NCBI GenBank assembly: GCA_002327925.1
Contig: DCVA01000003.1
Span: 5,809 to 69,808 of the forward strand
Source: Anaerolineales bacterium UBA2200
GTDB taxonomy: Bacteria > Chloroflexota > Anaerolineae > UBA2200
DNA length: 64,000 bases
Reading direction: 5' to 3'
Position numbers and translations under genes: made by a program. The notes under the pieces were generated by a model. The model was not told where the DNA came from. It saw nothing but the letters and a program-made list of their open reading frames with translations, and did no database searches. Shown piece after piece: positions 55,571 to 64,000 of this stretch (its first letter is position 1; every line of letters starts with the position of its first letter).

Positions 55571-56545
55571 TCAGGCCGGCCTTGTCACCACATAGTCTAC
55601 CATGGCGTAGAGCTCGCCACGTGCAACTCCATCCGGAAATCCGGCCAGAATGGACCTGGCCCGGTCGGCGAAACCGCGTGCTTCATCCATCGCCATCTCG
55701 ACGGATCCGGAGCCGCGGATCGCATCCACGGCCGCCTTGATTGCCGGCTCTCCCCGTTGCCCTTCGAGCACCCGAGTGACCACCTCCGTATTGCGATGCT
55801 GCTCCAGAAACAGCAACACAGGAAGAGTCACCAGCCCCTGTCTCAGGTCACTGCCCGCCGGTTTGCCCAGCGTCACCTCATCTGCGCTGATATCCAGCAC
55901 GTCATCGACCACCTGAAAGGCCATACCGAGCTCGCGCCCGAAGGAGGCCAGAGTGGCCACTGTGGAGTCAACCGCGCCGGCGACCATAGCGGCCATCGCC
56001 GCCGACGCGGCGAACAGGGCAGCCGTCTTGGCCTCTGTGCCAAGGTAGTACTCTTGCTTGCCTTGCACCACGCCGGTCGATCCGAGCGTCTCCCTGATCT
56101 CACCCGCACTAACCCGGCGCAGGCCGTCGGCCAGACTGCGCAGGATGCGAGGGTTTTGCAGCTCTGCGACGAGTGCAACGGACTGGGCGAGCAGGAAATC
56201 GCCGGCCAGGATGGCCACACTGGTCGGCCAGATTGTGTGCAGAGTCGGGTTCCCGCGGCGCAGGTCCGACTGGTCGATGATGTCATCGTGCACCAACGTA
56301 GCGGCGTGCAACAGTTCGATGGCAGCGGCCAGCCGCTGCAGAGGCAAGGAAGGTGCAGAGAACAGTGATCCGGTCAGCAGAACCAGGCCGGCACGCAGAC
56401 GCTTGCCACCCATGAGGTGGGGCTCCAGAGCGGCGCGCAAAGGCTCGTTCGCTGCTGCGATGGCCTCCAGAAGAAGCTGTTCCACCTCCGCCAGCTCTGC
56501 TCGAATGGACCTCAGAGGAATGATGCTGACCGCACTATTCGGCAC
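55571..56545 (-). CDS. polyprenyl diphosphate synthase (trans-IPPS family)
   Basis: First Asp-rich motif LVHDDIIDQSDLRRG and second motif (DDVLD). The start overlaps the radical-SAM stop by 11 nt. Confidence 0.85.
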   Translation of the reverse strand: MPNSAVSIIPLRSIRAELAEVEQLLLEAIAAANEPLRAALEPHLMGGKRLRAGLVLLTGSLFSAPSLPLQRLAAAIELLHAATLVHDDIIDQSDLRRGNPTLHTIWPTSVAILAGDFLLAQSVALVAELQNPRILRSLADGLRRVSAGEIRETLGSTGVVQGKQEYYLGTEAKTAALFAASAAMAAMVAGAVDSTVATLASFGRELGMAFQVVDDVLDISADEVTLGKPAGSDLRQGLVTLPVLLFLEQHRNTEVVTRVLEGQRGEPAIKAAVDAIRGSGSVEMAMDEARGFADRARSILAGFPDGVARGELYAMVDYVVTRPA

Positions 56546-57797
56546 TTGTCACCTCGGCGGAAGCACATGGCTCGAGGAAGCAGAACGGATCCTCGGCAAG
56601 AAGGTCGCCGGTTGTGGCCAGAGCACGGCCGCGGCAGCCTCCACACAAACGACGGTACGTACACCTGCCACAGCGACCGCCAAGACGCGCCTCGCGCTGC
56701 TGCAGGTCCTGGATCACCGCAGAACGGTTCAGAGTATCCAGGAATCCCTCTTCCCGGGCGTCTGCGCAGGCAAGCTCGATAAAGGGGCAGGGCCACACTT
56801 TGCCATTGGGCTTGATGTAGACAAAGCCCCGACCGGCCGAGCACCCGTGAAAGACCCACTCAGCCAGGCGAAGACGATGCCCCGAGCGGATACCTGCACG
56901 CTGCAACAGGAAGGGCCAGTACTGGGGGCCGGCAACTGGCTCCATGATGGCGCGAGCGTCCTCCTGGGCGCGGGCCATGAAGCGGATCAACTTCTCGTTG
57001 GCGCTCAAGTCCAGAGACGCAGCCCCGATGCCCTTCCCACGACCAACAGGCACAAGCTGGTAGAACAGCAGGATGCCCGCACCGAGCGCTTCCACGAGCT
57101 GGACCAGCGGCTCCAACTGGTCCAGATTGTACTCCATGGCCGTGATGTTGACATGAAGAAGGATCCCTGCTTTCCTGAGTGCCCTCATTCCAGCCAGCGC
57201 GGCATCGAAGGCGCCTCGTGACCCCCGGATGCGGTCGTGGCTTGCCGCGTCAAAACCATCGAGGCTCACGGCGGCGATCACAACTCCCTGCCGGTTCAGA
57301 TCACGTGCCACGGCCTCATCGACCAGGGTGGCGTTGGTGGCTATCGTGTTGTTGAAACCGAGCGCATGTGAGTAAGCCAGAAGCTCGAACAGATCTTGCC
57401 GCAACAGCGGTTCACCGCCGGTGAAGGCCATCATGCGGAAATCCGCGTTCGTGGCCAGCTCGTTCAGCATACGCCTCGCCTCAGGCGTGGTGAGCTCGTC
57501 GGCCGAAGGCCTGCCTGCCGAGGTGTGGCAGTGGATGCAGTGCAGATTGCACGCCGTGGTCATTTCCCAGACCGGGTGCGGCGGAAAGCCGATACACCCC
57601 ATTCCTCGCGATCCGGCCGCGCCGGGCAGGCAGCGAAACCCGTAGCGGGCGAACCACCCCGGTATCCCCCTCCAGTGAGCAAGCGCACCCACGTACAGAG
57701 CGCTGGCAGCCTGCCTCAGGATGAGACCTGGCGGCCACCAGTAGGGAGCCACCACCCGCTTCGGACGCGGTCCCCAGGCCTCATCCCACCTGACCAT
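56535..57797 (-). CDS. radical SAM protein with C-terminal SPASM domain and ~60-aa hydrophobic N-terminal extension
   Basis: CNLHCIHC (CxxxCxxC) motif. C-terminal CxxC…CxxxxxC…CGGC SPASM cysteines. The ATG lies 5 nt after the UbiA stop with a GAGGT RBS. Confidence 0.8.
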   Translation of the reverse strand: MVRWDEAWGPRPKRVVAPYWWPPGLILRQAASALYVGALAHWRGIPGWFARYGFRCLPGAAGSRGMGCIGFPPHPVWEMTTACNLHCIHCHTSAGRPSADELTTPEARRMLNELATNADFRMMAFTGGEPLLRQDLFELLAYSHALGFNNTIATNATLVDEAVARDLNRQGVVIAAVSLDGFDAASHDRIRGSRGAFDAALAGMRALRKAGILLHVNITAMEYNLDQLEPLVQLVEALGAGILLFYQLVPVGRGKGIGAASLDLSANEKLIRFMARAQEDARAIMEPVAGPQYWPFLLQRAGIRSGHRLRLAEWVFHGCSAGRGFVYIKPNGKVWPCPFIELACADAREEGFLDTLNRSAVIQDLQQREARLGGRCGRCTYRRLCGGCRGRALATTGDLLAEDPFCFLEPCASAEVTSAE

Positions 57798-57801
57798 CGG
57801 G

Positions 57802-58767
57802 TTACCTCACAAATGCCGGAATGTAAGAAGCGGTCACGCCGAGGTTTATGGCCAGGTTGGCGGCACAGAGACGCTCCAGAGCACGCCGGTCCCGCCAGCG
57901 CCCTGCCAGCACTGCCCCGGTCACCCGGCACGATAGCAGTGCCACAGGTGCCGCAGGAAGCAGGACTACCTTCGGCACACCTCCGGTCAGGGAAGCCAGG
58001 AAGGCAATCCAGGTCCCTACCGAAACCAGCGCGTAGAGCCTGGCCGAACGCTCCAGACCGAGCCGGACGGCAAGGTTGGTCTTGCCGGAAGCCAGGTCGG
58101 CAGCGTGGTCGGGAAACTCGTTGAGCAGAATGACGTTAAAGATGCTCAGCCCGATGGGCAGAGCCACCCAGTGTACCACGTCAGGAACCAGCCCCGTTTG
58201 AAGATAGCACCCGACGGCCACCGGAAGCCAGCCATAGCAGAACGCGATCCACAGCTCGCCCCAGCCCCGCTTGACCCAGCGAACCGGTCCGGTGGAGTAG
58301 AAGAACCCGCCTACGGCCCCCATGGCCCCCAGGGGGAGCGTCCACATCCCTGTGCCATAGACCTGACTAAGCAGCAATCCAACCCCGCCGGCCAGAAGCA
58401 GACACAGCAGCGATGCCCACAGAGCAACCGCACGGGAGAGCAGGCCCCGCTGCACCACCTGCGACCCTCCGGAGAACCGGCTGCCACCGATCTGCCCGGA
58501 CAGGGCATCCTCTGCCACGTCCCAGTACTCCCCCGCATAGTAGGTGGCCAGAAGGATCAAGACCACCCCCAGCACGCCCCAGGCCAGGACCTGCCAGGAA
58601 AAGACCTGCTCCAGGCGCCAGGCGACAAGCGTGCCCAGCAGGAAGGGCAGTATGCCCACGATATGAAAGGGAGGCCTGGACAGAGCTATCCAGGCACGCA
58701 GCTTGCTCATCAGCCATCTCCACCCCAGCACCCTATGGTCCCCAGGCGAACGCGCCGCCAGCGCCAT
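57802..58767 (-). CDS. UbiA family prenyltransferase (integral membrane)
   Basis: 8-9 TM helices. Second motif NEFPDHAAD. The first Asp-rich motif is atypical (EYWDVAED). Confidence 0.75.
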   Translation of the reverse strand: MALAARSPGDHRVLGWRWLMSKLRAWIALSRPPFHIVGILPFLLGTLVAWRLEQVFSWQVLAWGVLGVVLILLATYYAGEYWDVAEDALSGQIGGSRFSGGSQVVQRGLLSRAVALWASLLCLLLAGGVGLLLSQVYGTGMWTLPLGAMGAVGGFFYSTGPVRWVKRGWGELWIAFCYGWLPVAVGCYLQTGLVPDVVHWVALPIGLSIFNVILLNEFPDHAADLASGKTNLAVRLGLERSARLYALVSVGTWIAFLASLTGGVPKVVLLPAAPVALLSCRVTGAVLAGRWRDRRALERLCAANLAINLGVTASYIPAFVR

Positions 58768-58839
58768 GTTGCGGCGGCTGCACTATTGTCGTGCAGAGGT
58801 GCTTCTTTGGCAAACCGCAAAACCGGATCGTATTGTCCT

Positions 58840-58867
58840 TTGACAAACCGGCAGGTCACGGTATAAT
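58840..58867 (+). promoter_or_regulatory. consensus sigma70 promoter TTGACA-N16-TATAAT; predicted TSS at or near ATG 58876 (leaderless GntR transcript candidate)
   Basis: Perfect hexamers seen in sequence. The -10 element ends 8 nt before the second in-frame ATG. Confidence 0.45.
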
Positions 58868-58869
58868 GT

Positions 58870-59682
58870 ATGCAGATGTCTGCAGACAGCGCTCCACTTC
58901 GAGCGGAGGTCAGTCCAACGGAGCACTACAGCCAGGTTGTCGATAAGAGCAGGCCAGAACCCGTCTACGAGCAGATCGCAGACTGGATGACCTACAAGAT
59001 CACGGTCGGCGACTGGCAGAGTAACGACCGTCTCCCTTCCGAGCCGGCGCTGGCTAAAGCCATGGGAGTGAGTCGCAGTTCCCTGCGCAAGGCGATGGCC
59101 AGGTTGACGTCCGCTCACCTCCTCCTTCAGATCCAGGGCAAAGGCACCTTCGTGCGCAGCGAGGCCTTCGAAGGCCGCATGGAACAGCGACTGCGCAGTG
59201 TGACCGAGATCCTCGACGCGGATCACCTGCCGCATAGCACTACCGTGCTCGAGCAGCGTATGGCTGCACCCCCGCCCAAGGTCTGCCTTGTGCTTGGTCT
59301 GCAGCCAGGCGAGTCGGTGTTGTATCTGAAGTGGCTTGTGCATCTGAAGGAGACTCCCTTCCTGTACACGGAGGTATACCTCCCCGGCGAAAGCTGTGCC
59401 ATACTGCTTCACGCGGATCTCACACTGCAGACCGTCTACACTACTCTCGAGCGAGCGGCAGGCATCCGAATCGCGCGCGCGCATGACGTGTTCGCCGCAG
59501 TCTCGGCCCCTTCGGCAGTCGCCCGGCGGCTGGACGTGGAACGCGGCACGCCAACACTCTTCATCGAGCGCACCCTCTTCGATGACCAGGGGCGTAAGGT
59601 CCTTTATGCAGAAACCTGGTCGAGGAGCGATCGCCTGCGCCTGTCCATGGAAAGCTATCGCAAGTCAGACGAAGGCAACTAG
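58870..59682 (+). CDS. GntR family transcriptional regulator, HutC subfamily (UTRA effector domain)
   Basis: HTH PSEPALAKAMGVSRSSLRKAMARL and a C-terminal UTRA-like domain. The start is probably 58876 or later. Confidence 0.8.
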   Translation: MQMSADSAPLRAEVSPTEHYSQVVDKSRPEPVYEQIADWMTYKITVGDWQSNDRLPSEPALAKAMGVSRSSLRKAMARLTSAHLLLQIQGKGTFVRSEAFEGRMEQRLRSVTEILDADHLPHSTTVLEQRMAAPPPKVCLVLGLQPGESVLYLKWLVHLKETPFLYTEVYLPGESCAILLHADLTLQTVYTTLERAAGIRIARAHDVFAAVSAPSAVARRLDVERGTPTLFIERTLFDDQGRKVLYAETWSRSDRLRLSMESYRKSDEGN

Positions 59683-59734
59683 AGCCGTCCCGGTTCGTGA
59701 CATCGACGTCAGTCTGGACTAGAGGAGTCTGCCG

Positions 59735-60818
59735 TTGGTCGAAGAAGCTCTGACCCTGCTGAACGAGTCACGGCATCACCCCCAGCACCATTCCCACCCA
59801 AGTTCGTGTCCGTCGTGCGGCGCACGGGCCAGACGTATCCCTGTAACCATCATCGGGGGCTTCCTGGGCGCCGGCAAGACCACCCTTCTCACGCACATAT
59901 TGCGCCAGCCGCAACGACCCAGAGCCGAGGTCATCATCCGTGAGTTCAGCGACGTCGGAGTGGATGGCAGACTAATCCCTGAGGGCTCGGCGCGCGTGCA
60001 CGTGGTTTCGGGCGGAAGCCACTTTATCGATCCCCAGACTATCCTCTACTGGAAGCTGAAGGGCCTCTACGAGAACCCCGACAACCGCCAGGGCAGCACT
60101 CCAGATCCGGGGCCGGACTTTGACTACCTTCTTCTCGAAACCAGCGGACTGGACCTGCGAGTTCCTGATCACCCTCTTCTGGCTGGACCCCATGAGAGAC
60201 TACTACCGCCTCGACGGCTGTGTCGTGGTCGTGGATGCCGAGTACGGTGAAGAGAATCTGGATGAGTACCCGGTGGCTGCCGAGCAGGTAGCACTGGCTG
60301 ACCTCATTTTGCTCAACAAGATGGACCTGGTCGATCCTTCGCGTGTCGACCGGCTCCAGCGCAGACTGCAACGCATGAACCCCGTGGCACAGATCATCCG
60401 TACTGAGTACTGCGCCACGGACCTGCACGGGCTCTTGAACGTGCGCCTGTTCGAATCCGTGCCTGCTGCGGCCAAGATGCGTGAAACCGATCCCGATCAG
60501 GATGGGAGAGAGACAGTGGACCGAATTCGCAGCGTCGTGCTGACCGAGCGGCGCCCTCTGGATAAGGACAGGGTCAACCTCTGGATCAAGGACCTCTTCA
60601 TGACCCGCGGCTACAAGATCCTGCGAGGCAAGGGCTTTTTGAACTTTAGCGGGAGCGAGTACCGCTACGTGTTTCAGAGCGTCCGCCGTACTTTTCACTC
60701 GCAGGCGGACCGGCTGTGGCAACCGGACGAACCGCGCGAGAGTGTGATCGTTCTGATCGGCGAAGGGCTTGAAGACCAGACGGTTCTGCAGCAGTCGTTC
60801 AGCGCATGTGTGGCCTGA
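59735..60818 (+). pseudogene. COG0523 (CobW/G3E) family GTPase interrupted by a +1 frameshift near 60154-60160; lacks the canonical GCxCC metal motif; His-rich N-terminus
   Basis: The first frame gives P-loop GGFLGAGKTT…LLLETSGLD. The second frame (+1) continues EFLITLFWLDP…LDGCVVVVDA…LILLNKMDLV and the C-terminal domain. TTG start with an AGAGGAG RBS. Confidence 0.65.
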
Positions 60819-60852
60819 TCTACAACAACGAACACAAGGAGCGAGGAAGCGA

Positions 60853-61215
60853 ATGGCGGATGGCAGGGAGCTGATCGAGGAAACGTATCAGATCATCATC
60901 AATCTGACCGGAAATGTGGGCAACATCGTGAACGGCCTCTCGGCCGACGAGGCGGTCGAGTTCAAGTCCGAACTGGAGGCGGCCATGAAATGGGTCAAGC
61001 TGTGCCGCGACAAGGTGTGGCTGCGCGGCAAGCAGGGAACCGACATGGCCCAGGACTGCCTGGATTCTGCCAAGCGACTCGAGGTCATTGCGGTCTCCAA
61101 CTCAAGCGGAGAAGCAGCTGACGCCGGGGCTGCTGTGGAGGGAGTTGCCGACCTGTCGCTGCGTCTGGAGACGCTGGCGCGGCTGATCGCCAGCAAAGTC
61201 CAGGTATTGACCTAG
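60853..61215 (+). CDS. hypothetical protein (121 aa, helical)
   Basis: RBS AAGGAGCGAGGAAG precedes the ATG. No family recognized. The ORF-track upstream extension is rejected. Confidence 0.5.
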   Translation: MADGRELIEETYQIIINLTGNVGNIVNGLSADEAVEFKSELEAAMKWVKLCRDKVWLRGKQGTDMAQDCLDSAKRLEVIAVSNSSGEAADAGAAVEGVADLSLRLETLARLIASKVQVLT

Positions 61216-61596
61216 TCCGACAGTTCAACGGTAGGCGGAGGGAAAAGAGGGCCAGCACCCAGAGACCAGAGAGTTGCGCTGCCAGTGCAACCTCCGACCC
61301 ATAACCTCCCCCGGGGAGGGCTAGGCGCCAGGGCACGGTGAGCAATCGCCATACCTGCCATTCTCGCAAAGGAGGCAACCAGAGCTGTGGTACCGTCTTC
61401 TCGACGGTTCATCGCTCGCGTTGCCTCCTGTGCGTTCCGAGGATGCCGGGCCACACGAGACGGAAGGAGGACGACCCGCGCCCATTTCACTGAGGAACCG
61501 TGTCGCTGTTGCGCGCAGCAGTCAAGCTACCCCGAAGCAGTCCCTCCCGCCCGGCGGGAGTGAGAGTCAAGCTCGACGAAAGGAGCCGAATACCAC

Positions 61597-63177
61597 ATGG
61601 CAAGTCCAGTCTTCTATATGAATGACCGCGCCAACTCGCTTCCGGAAAGTCTCAAATTCAAAGCGGTCAAGGTATTCCGGGATGCGGGCCTCGGAGAGCT
61701 GTTCAAGCCCGGTGACACGGTAGGCGTCAAGATCCACATGGGCGAATACGGCAACACGATGAACCTCCGGCCGCAGATGATTCGCTCCATCGTGGAAGAG
61801 ATCAAGAAGCTCAAGGGCAAGCCGGTTGTCGTTGATTGCACCACGATCGCCTTCAACGAGTACACATCACGCGGCACCAAAGAGGACATGCTCTGGACTG
61901 CAGCCCGCCATGGCATGACCGAAGAGACGTTGAGCTGCCCGATCTGGGTGTGCGATGGGGACTACGGCCTGGACGACGTCAAGGTCGAAATCCCTCACGG
62001 CACCTTCCTGAAGCACACGTACATGGGCAAGCAGCTCAAGGACCTCGATGCGATGATTGTGGTCACCCACTTCAAAGGGCATCCGATGGGCGTTTTCGGC
62101 GGCGCCATGAAGAACGTGGGCATTGGCTGCGGGTCCAAGCGCGGCAAACTCTGCACGCACCTGCTGAACCATCCGGACTATGGACGCCTTGCCTGGACCG
62201 TGAATCCCAAGGCCGTGGAGGCAGCGCAGCAGGGAGAGAAGCCATCGGTGCTCGACCGGTTCATCTCCAACTGTCCGTTTGGAGCACCCTCGGTAAAGGA
62301 CGGCGTGTTCCAGACCGACACGGATCGCTGCCATCAGTGCGCAAGCTGCTTCGGCCCGGCGCTCTTCTCGGGGATTCTCGCGCCCCCTCCCGAGATCATG
62401 CGGTTCTGGGCCATCACCATCCCTGATGCATTCTCCGGCTACGTCCATGCCATCGGCAAGAACAAGGTTGGCTACGTCACCTATGGCATAGACATCACAC
62501 CCTGGTGCGATTGCGTCAACTTCCACGACCGCCAGCTGGTTCCCAATATGGGCGTCTTTGCCTCCAAGGATCCAGTAGCCATCGACATGGCCTGCCTGGA
62601 GATGGCGGAGGCATCCGCCGGCATGCCCGGCTCCAAGGCAGACGACTTTGGCTTCGGCGACCCAGGCACAGAGCGCTTCACCAACCTCAGCAGTATGGCC
62701 ACGGTCAGCCAGTGGGCGCAGATCCACTCGGGCATCTACAACGGTCTGGGAACGTCAGAGTATGAACTGATAACCTCCAAGCCGGCGCCGGAGTTCGACT
62801 TCTGGATGCCCAAGTACAGCCCGGAAAAACCGTGGGGCCTGGTGAACCGCAAGGGCCTGCACGGCGGCGAGTGGAAGCCCGAGTATCCGTACACCCACGA
62901 CCGACCCAAGATCTCCCTGGCCGAGGCGAGCCTCAAGCCCAAGGGCAAGGCCAGCGAGCGCGAACTCCAAGCCGGAGACAGGCTCGCTGCGCAGGCCGCA
63001 AGCAGAGAGAGCCGCGAGCCGCGAAAACGAAACGGAGGAAATGATGAACGGCGGATATGTCGGAAAGATGCTCTTTGTGGACCTCAGCAAGGGCACCACA
63101 GAGACTCAGGAGCTAACGGAAGGCCTGGCCAAGAATTTCATCGGTGGCTACGGCATCGGGGCCCGGGTACTCTATGA
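61597..63177 (+). CDS. DUF362 family protein (putative Fe-S/ferredoxin-like); C-terminal ~50 aa and the 137-nt overlap with the next gene are doubtful
   Basis: RBS AAAGGAG. DUF362-like N-terminal region (GDTVGVKIHMGEYGN) and cysteine clusters (CHQCASC, CDC). The tail is Arg-rich, as expected for out-of-frame high-GC sequence. Confidence 0.65.
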   Translation: MASPVFYMNDRANSLPESLKFKAVKVFRDAGLGELFKPGDTVGVKIHMGEYGNTMNLRPQMIRSIVEEIKKLKGKPVVVDCTTIAFNEYTSRGTKEDMLWTAARHGMTEETLSCPIWVCDGDYGLDDVKVEIPHGTFLKHTYMGKQLKDLDAMIVVTHFKGHPMGVFGGAMKNVGIGCGSKRGKLCTHLLNHPDYGRLAWTVNPKAVEAAQQGEKPSVLDRFISNCPFGAPSVKDGVFQTDTDRCHQCASCFGPALFSGILAPPPEIMRFWAITIPDAFSGYVHAIGKNKVGYVTYGIDITPWCDCVNFHDRQLVPNMGVFASKDPVAIDMACLEMAEASAGMPGSKADDFGFGDPGTERFTNLSSMATVSQWAQIHSGIYNGLGTSEYELITSKPAPEFDFWMPKYSPEKPWGLVNRKGLHGGEWKPEYPYTHDRPKISLAEASLKPKGKASERELQAGDRLAAQAASRESREPRKRNGGNDERRICRKDALCGPQQGHHRDSGANGRPGQEFHRWLRHRGPGTL

Positions 63178-64000
63178 CCGGATGAAAGGCGGAGTCGATC
63201 CGCTGGGGCCGGACAACATCCTCGGCTTCGTCACCGGTCCCCTGACCGGTACGGGGGCGTTGTTTGGCAGCCGGTACATGATCGTGCACAAGTCGCCCGT
63301 CACAGGCGGTTGGAATGACGCGAATTCGGGCGGCTACTTTGGCCCGGAACTGAAGAAGGCCGGCTTTGATGCCGTCTTCTTCTCGGGGGCAGCGAAGAAG
63401 CCAGTGTACCTGTGGGTGCAGGACGGCAGGGCCGAAATCCGCGATGCCAGGAAGCTGTGGGGCAAGGACAGCGTCGAGACCGTGGAGGAGCTGATCGCCG
63501 AGACGGGTGCGAAGAAGCTGCGCGCTTCGGTTATCGGACCTGCCGGCGAAAAGCTCTCTCTGATGGCCTGCCCGATCAACGAGACGCACCGCGCACCCGG
63601 CCGCGGCGGTGGCGGCGCTGTGATGGGCTCAAAGAAGCTCAAGGCAATCGTCGCGCTGGGATCCGGCGAGATTCGTGTGGCCAACCCAGCCGCCTTCAAG
63701 GCAACAACCCGCGCCGTCACCGCGCACATGAAGACCGATCCCATGGCGCAGATGGTGGTGGGCGCTTTCTCCGAGTACGGAACAGGAGCCGGTACGGGTA
63801 TGTCGGCTCTCAGCGGCGACTCGCCGGTGAAGAACTGGGGCGGCGTGGGTATCGTGGACTTTGGCGAAGAGGCGGCGATGAAAGTCAGCTGCCCGACCTT
63901 CGATGCCCAGTTCAAGACCAAGAAGTACGCCTGCGCCTTTTGCCCGCTGGGCTGCGGAGCCGAGTACAAGGCGGACCAGTGCAAATGGCCGGTCGGCGAG
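63041..64000 (+). CDS. aldehyde:ferredoxin oxidoreductase family (tungstopterin enzyme), N-terminal part; continues beyond the window
   Basis: Own translation from ATG 63041/63044 with a GGAGGA RBS gives MMNGGYVGKMLFVDLSKGTTETQELTEG…GGYGIGARVLYD…GPDNILGFVTGPLTGT…IGPAGEKLSLMACPINETHRAPGRGGGGAVMGSKKLKAIV. This matches the AOR N-terminal domain. It is absent from the ORF track because no stop occurs before the window end. Confidence 0.85.
   Translation, partial: MMNGGYVGKMLFVDLSKGTTETQELTEGLAKNFIGGYGIGARVLYDRMKGGVDPLGPDNILGFVTGPLTGTGALFGSRYMIVHKSPVTGGWNDANSGGYFGPELKKAGFDAVFFSGAAKKPVYLWVQDGRAEIRDARKLWGKDSVETVEELIAETGAKKLRASVIGPAGEKLSLMACPINETHRAPGRGGGGAVMGSKKLKAIVALGSGEIRVANPAAFKATTRAVTAHMKTDPMAQMVVGAFSEYGTGAGTGMSALSGDSPVKNWGGVGIVDFGEEAAMKVSCPTFDAQFKTKKYACAFCPLGCGAEYKADQCKWPVGE

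Noticed and set aside
61421-61621. 66-aa ORF in the DUF362 leader
   Set aside because: No RBS and Arg/Pro-rich. The region is more plausibly a structured 5' UTR.
1-64000. Search for a mobile element, prophage, integron or CRISPR array
   Set aside because: No transposase, integrase, recombinase or Cas homolog and no regularly spaced repeats were seen. Gene content is chromosomal core and near-core.

Overview
This is a high-GC (roughly 65%), gene-dense bacterial chromosomal segment with about 60 protein genes, one tRNA-Leu(CAA), and no transposase, integrase, phage gene or CRISPR array. The composition and gene content suggest a Chloroflexota/Thermomicrobia-like organism, but that is a low-confidence inference. 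Most of it is housekeeping and central metabolism. A carbohydrate ABC transporter (two permeases plus a binding protein) is followed by a four-repeat lipoprotein. An AlaX-L editing protein, an MBL-fold hydrolase and a GH31 alpha-glucosidase form a plus-strand gene string, and the window also holds a full-length transketolase and a split two-subunit transketolase. Other housekeeping genes are glnA, glgP (alpha-glucan phosphorylase), malQ, pspA, a TetR-epimerase operon divergent from an EF-G paralog, RF2 with its programmed +1 frameshift (split in the ORF track), ftsY, an ECF sigma/anti-sigma pair, fba, pfk and PolX. The accessory-looking parts are listed here.
- An ArmA/Rmt (FmrO)-family 16S rRNA m7G1405 methyltransferase homolog sits next to a Tgt homolog, a GH3 adenylating enzyme and a divergent MFS transporter.
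- A translationally coupled operon encodes a Nudix-MazG fusion, a small Cys-rich protein and a CYTH enzyme.
- A UbiA prenyltransferase, a radical-SAM/SPASM protein and a polyprenyl synthase form a tightly coupled operon.
- A HutC-type GntR regulator sits next to a frameshifted COG0523 GTPase that lacks the CxCC motif.
- A DUF362 protein is followed by the start of a tungsten-type aldehyde:ferredoxin oxidoreductase that the ORF track missed because it runs off the window end.
Several intergenic regions carry consensus-quality sigma70 promoters, two candidate leaderless transcripts, hairpin terminators, a perfect 24-bp TetR-type operator palindrome, and a plausible 47-aa membrane ORF with its own RBS and terminator. 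Many long ORFs in the track are antisense or shadow frames typical of high-GC DNA and are rejected.
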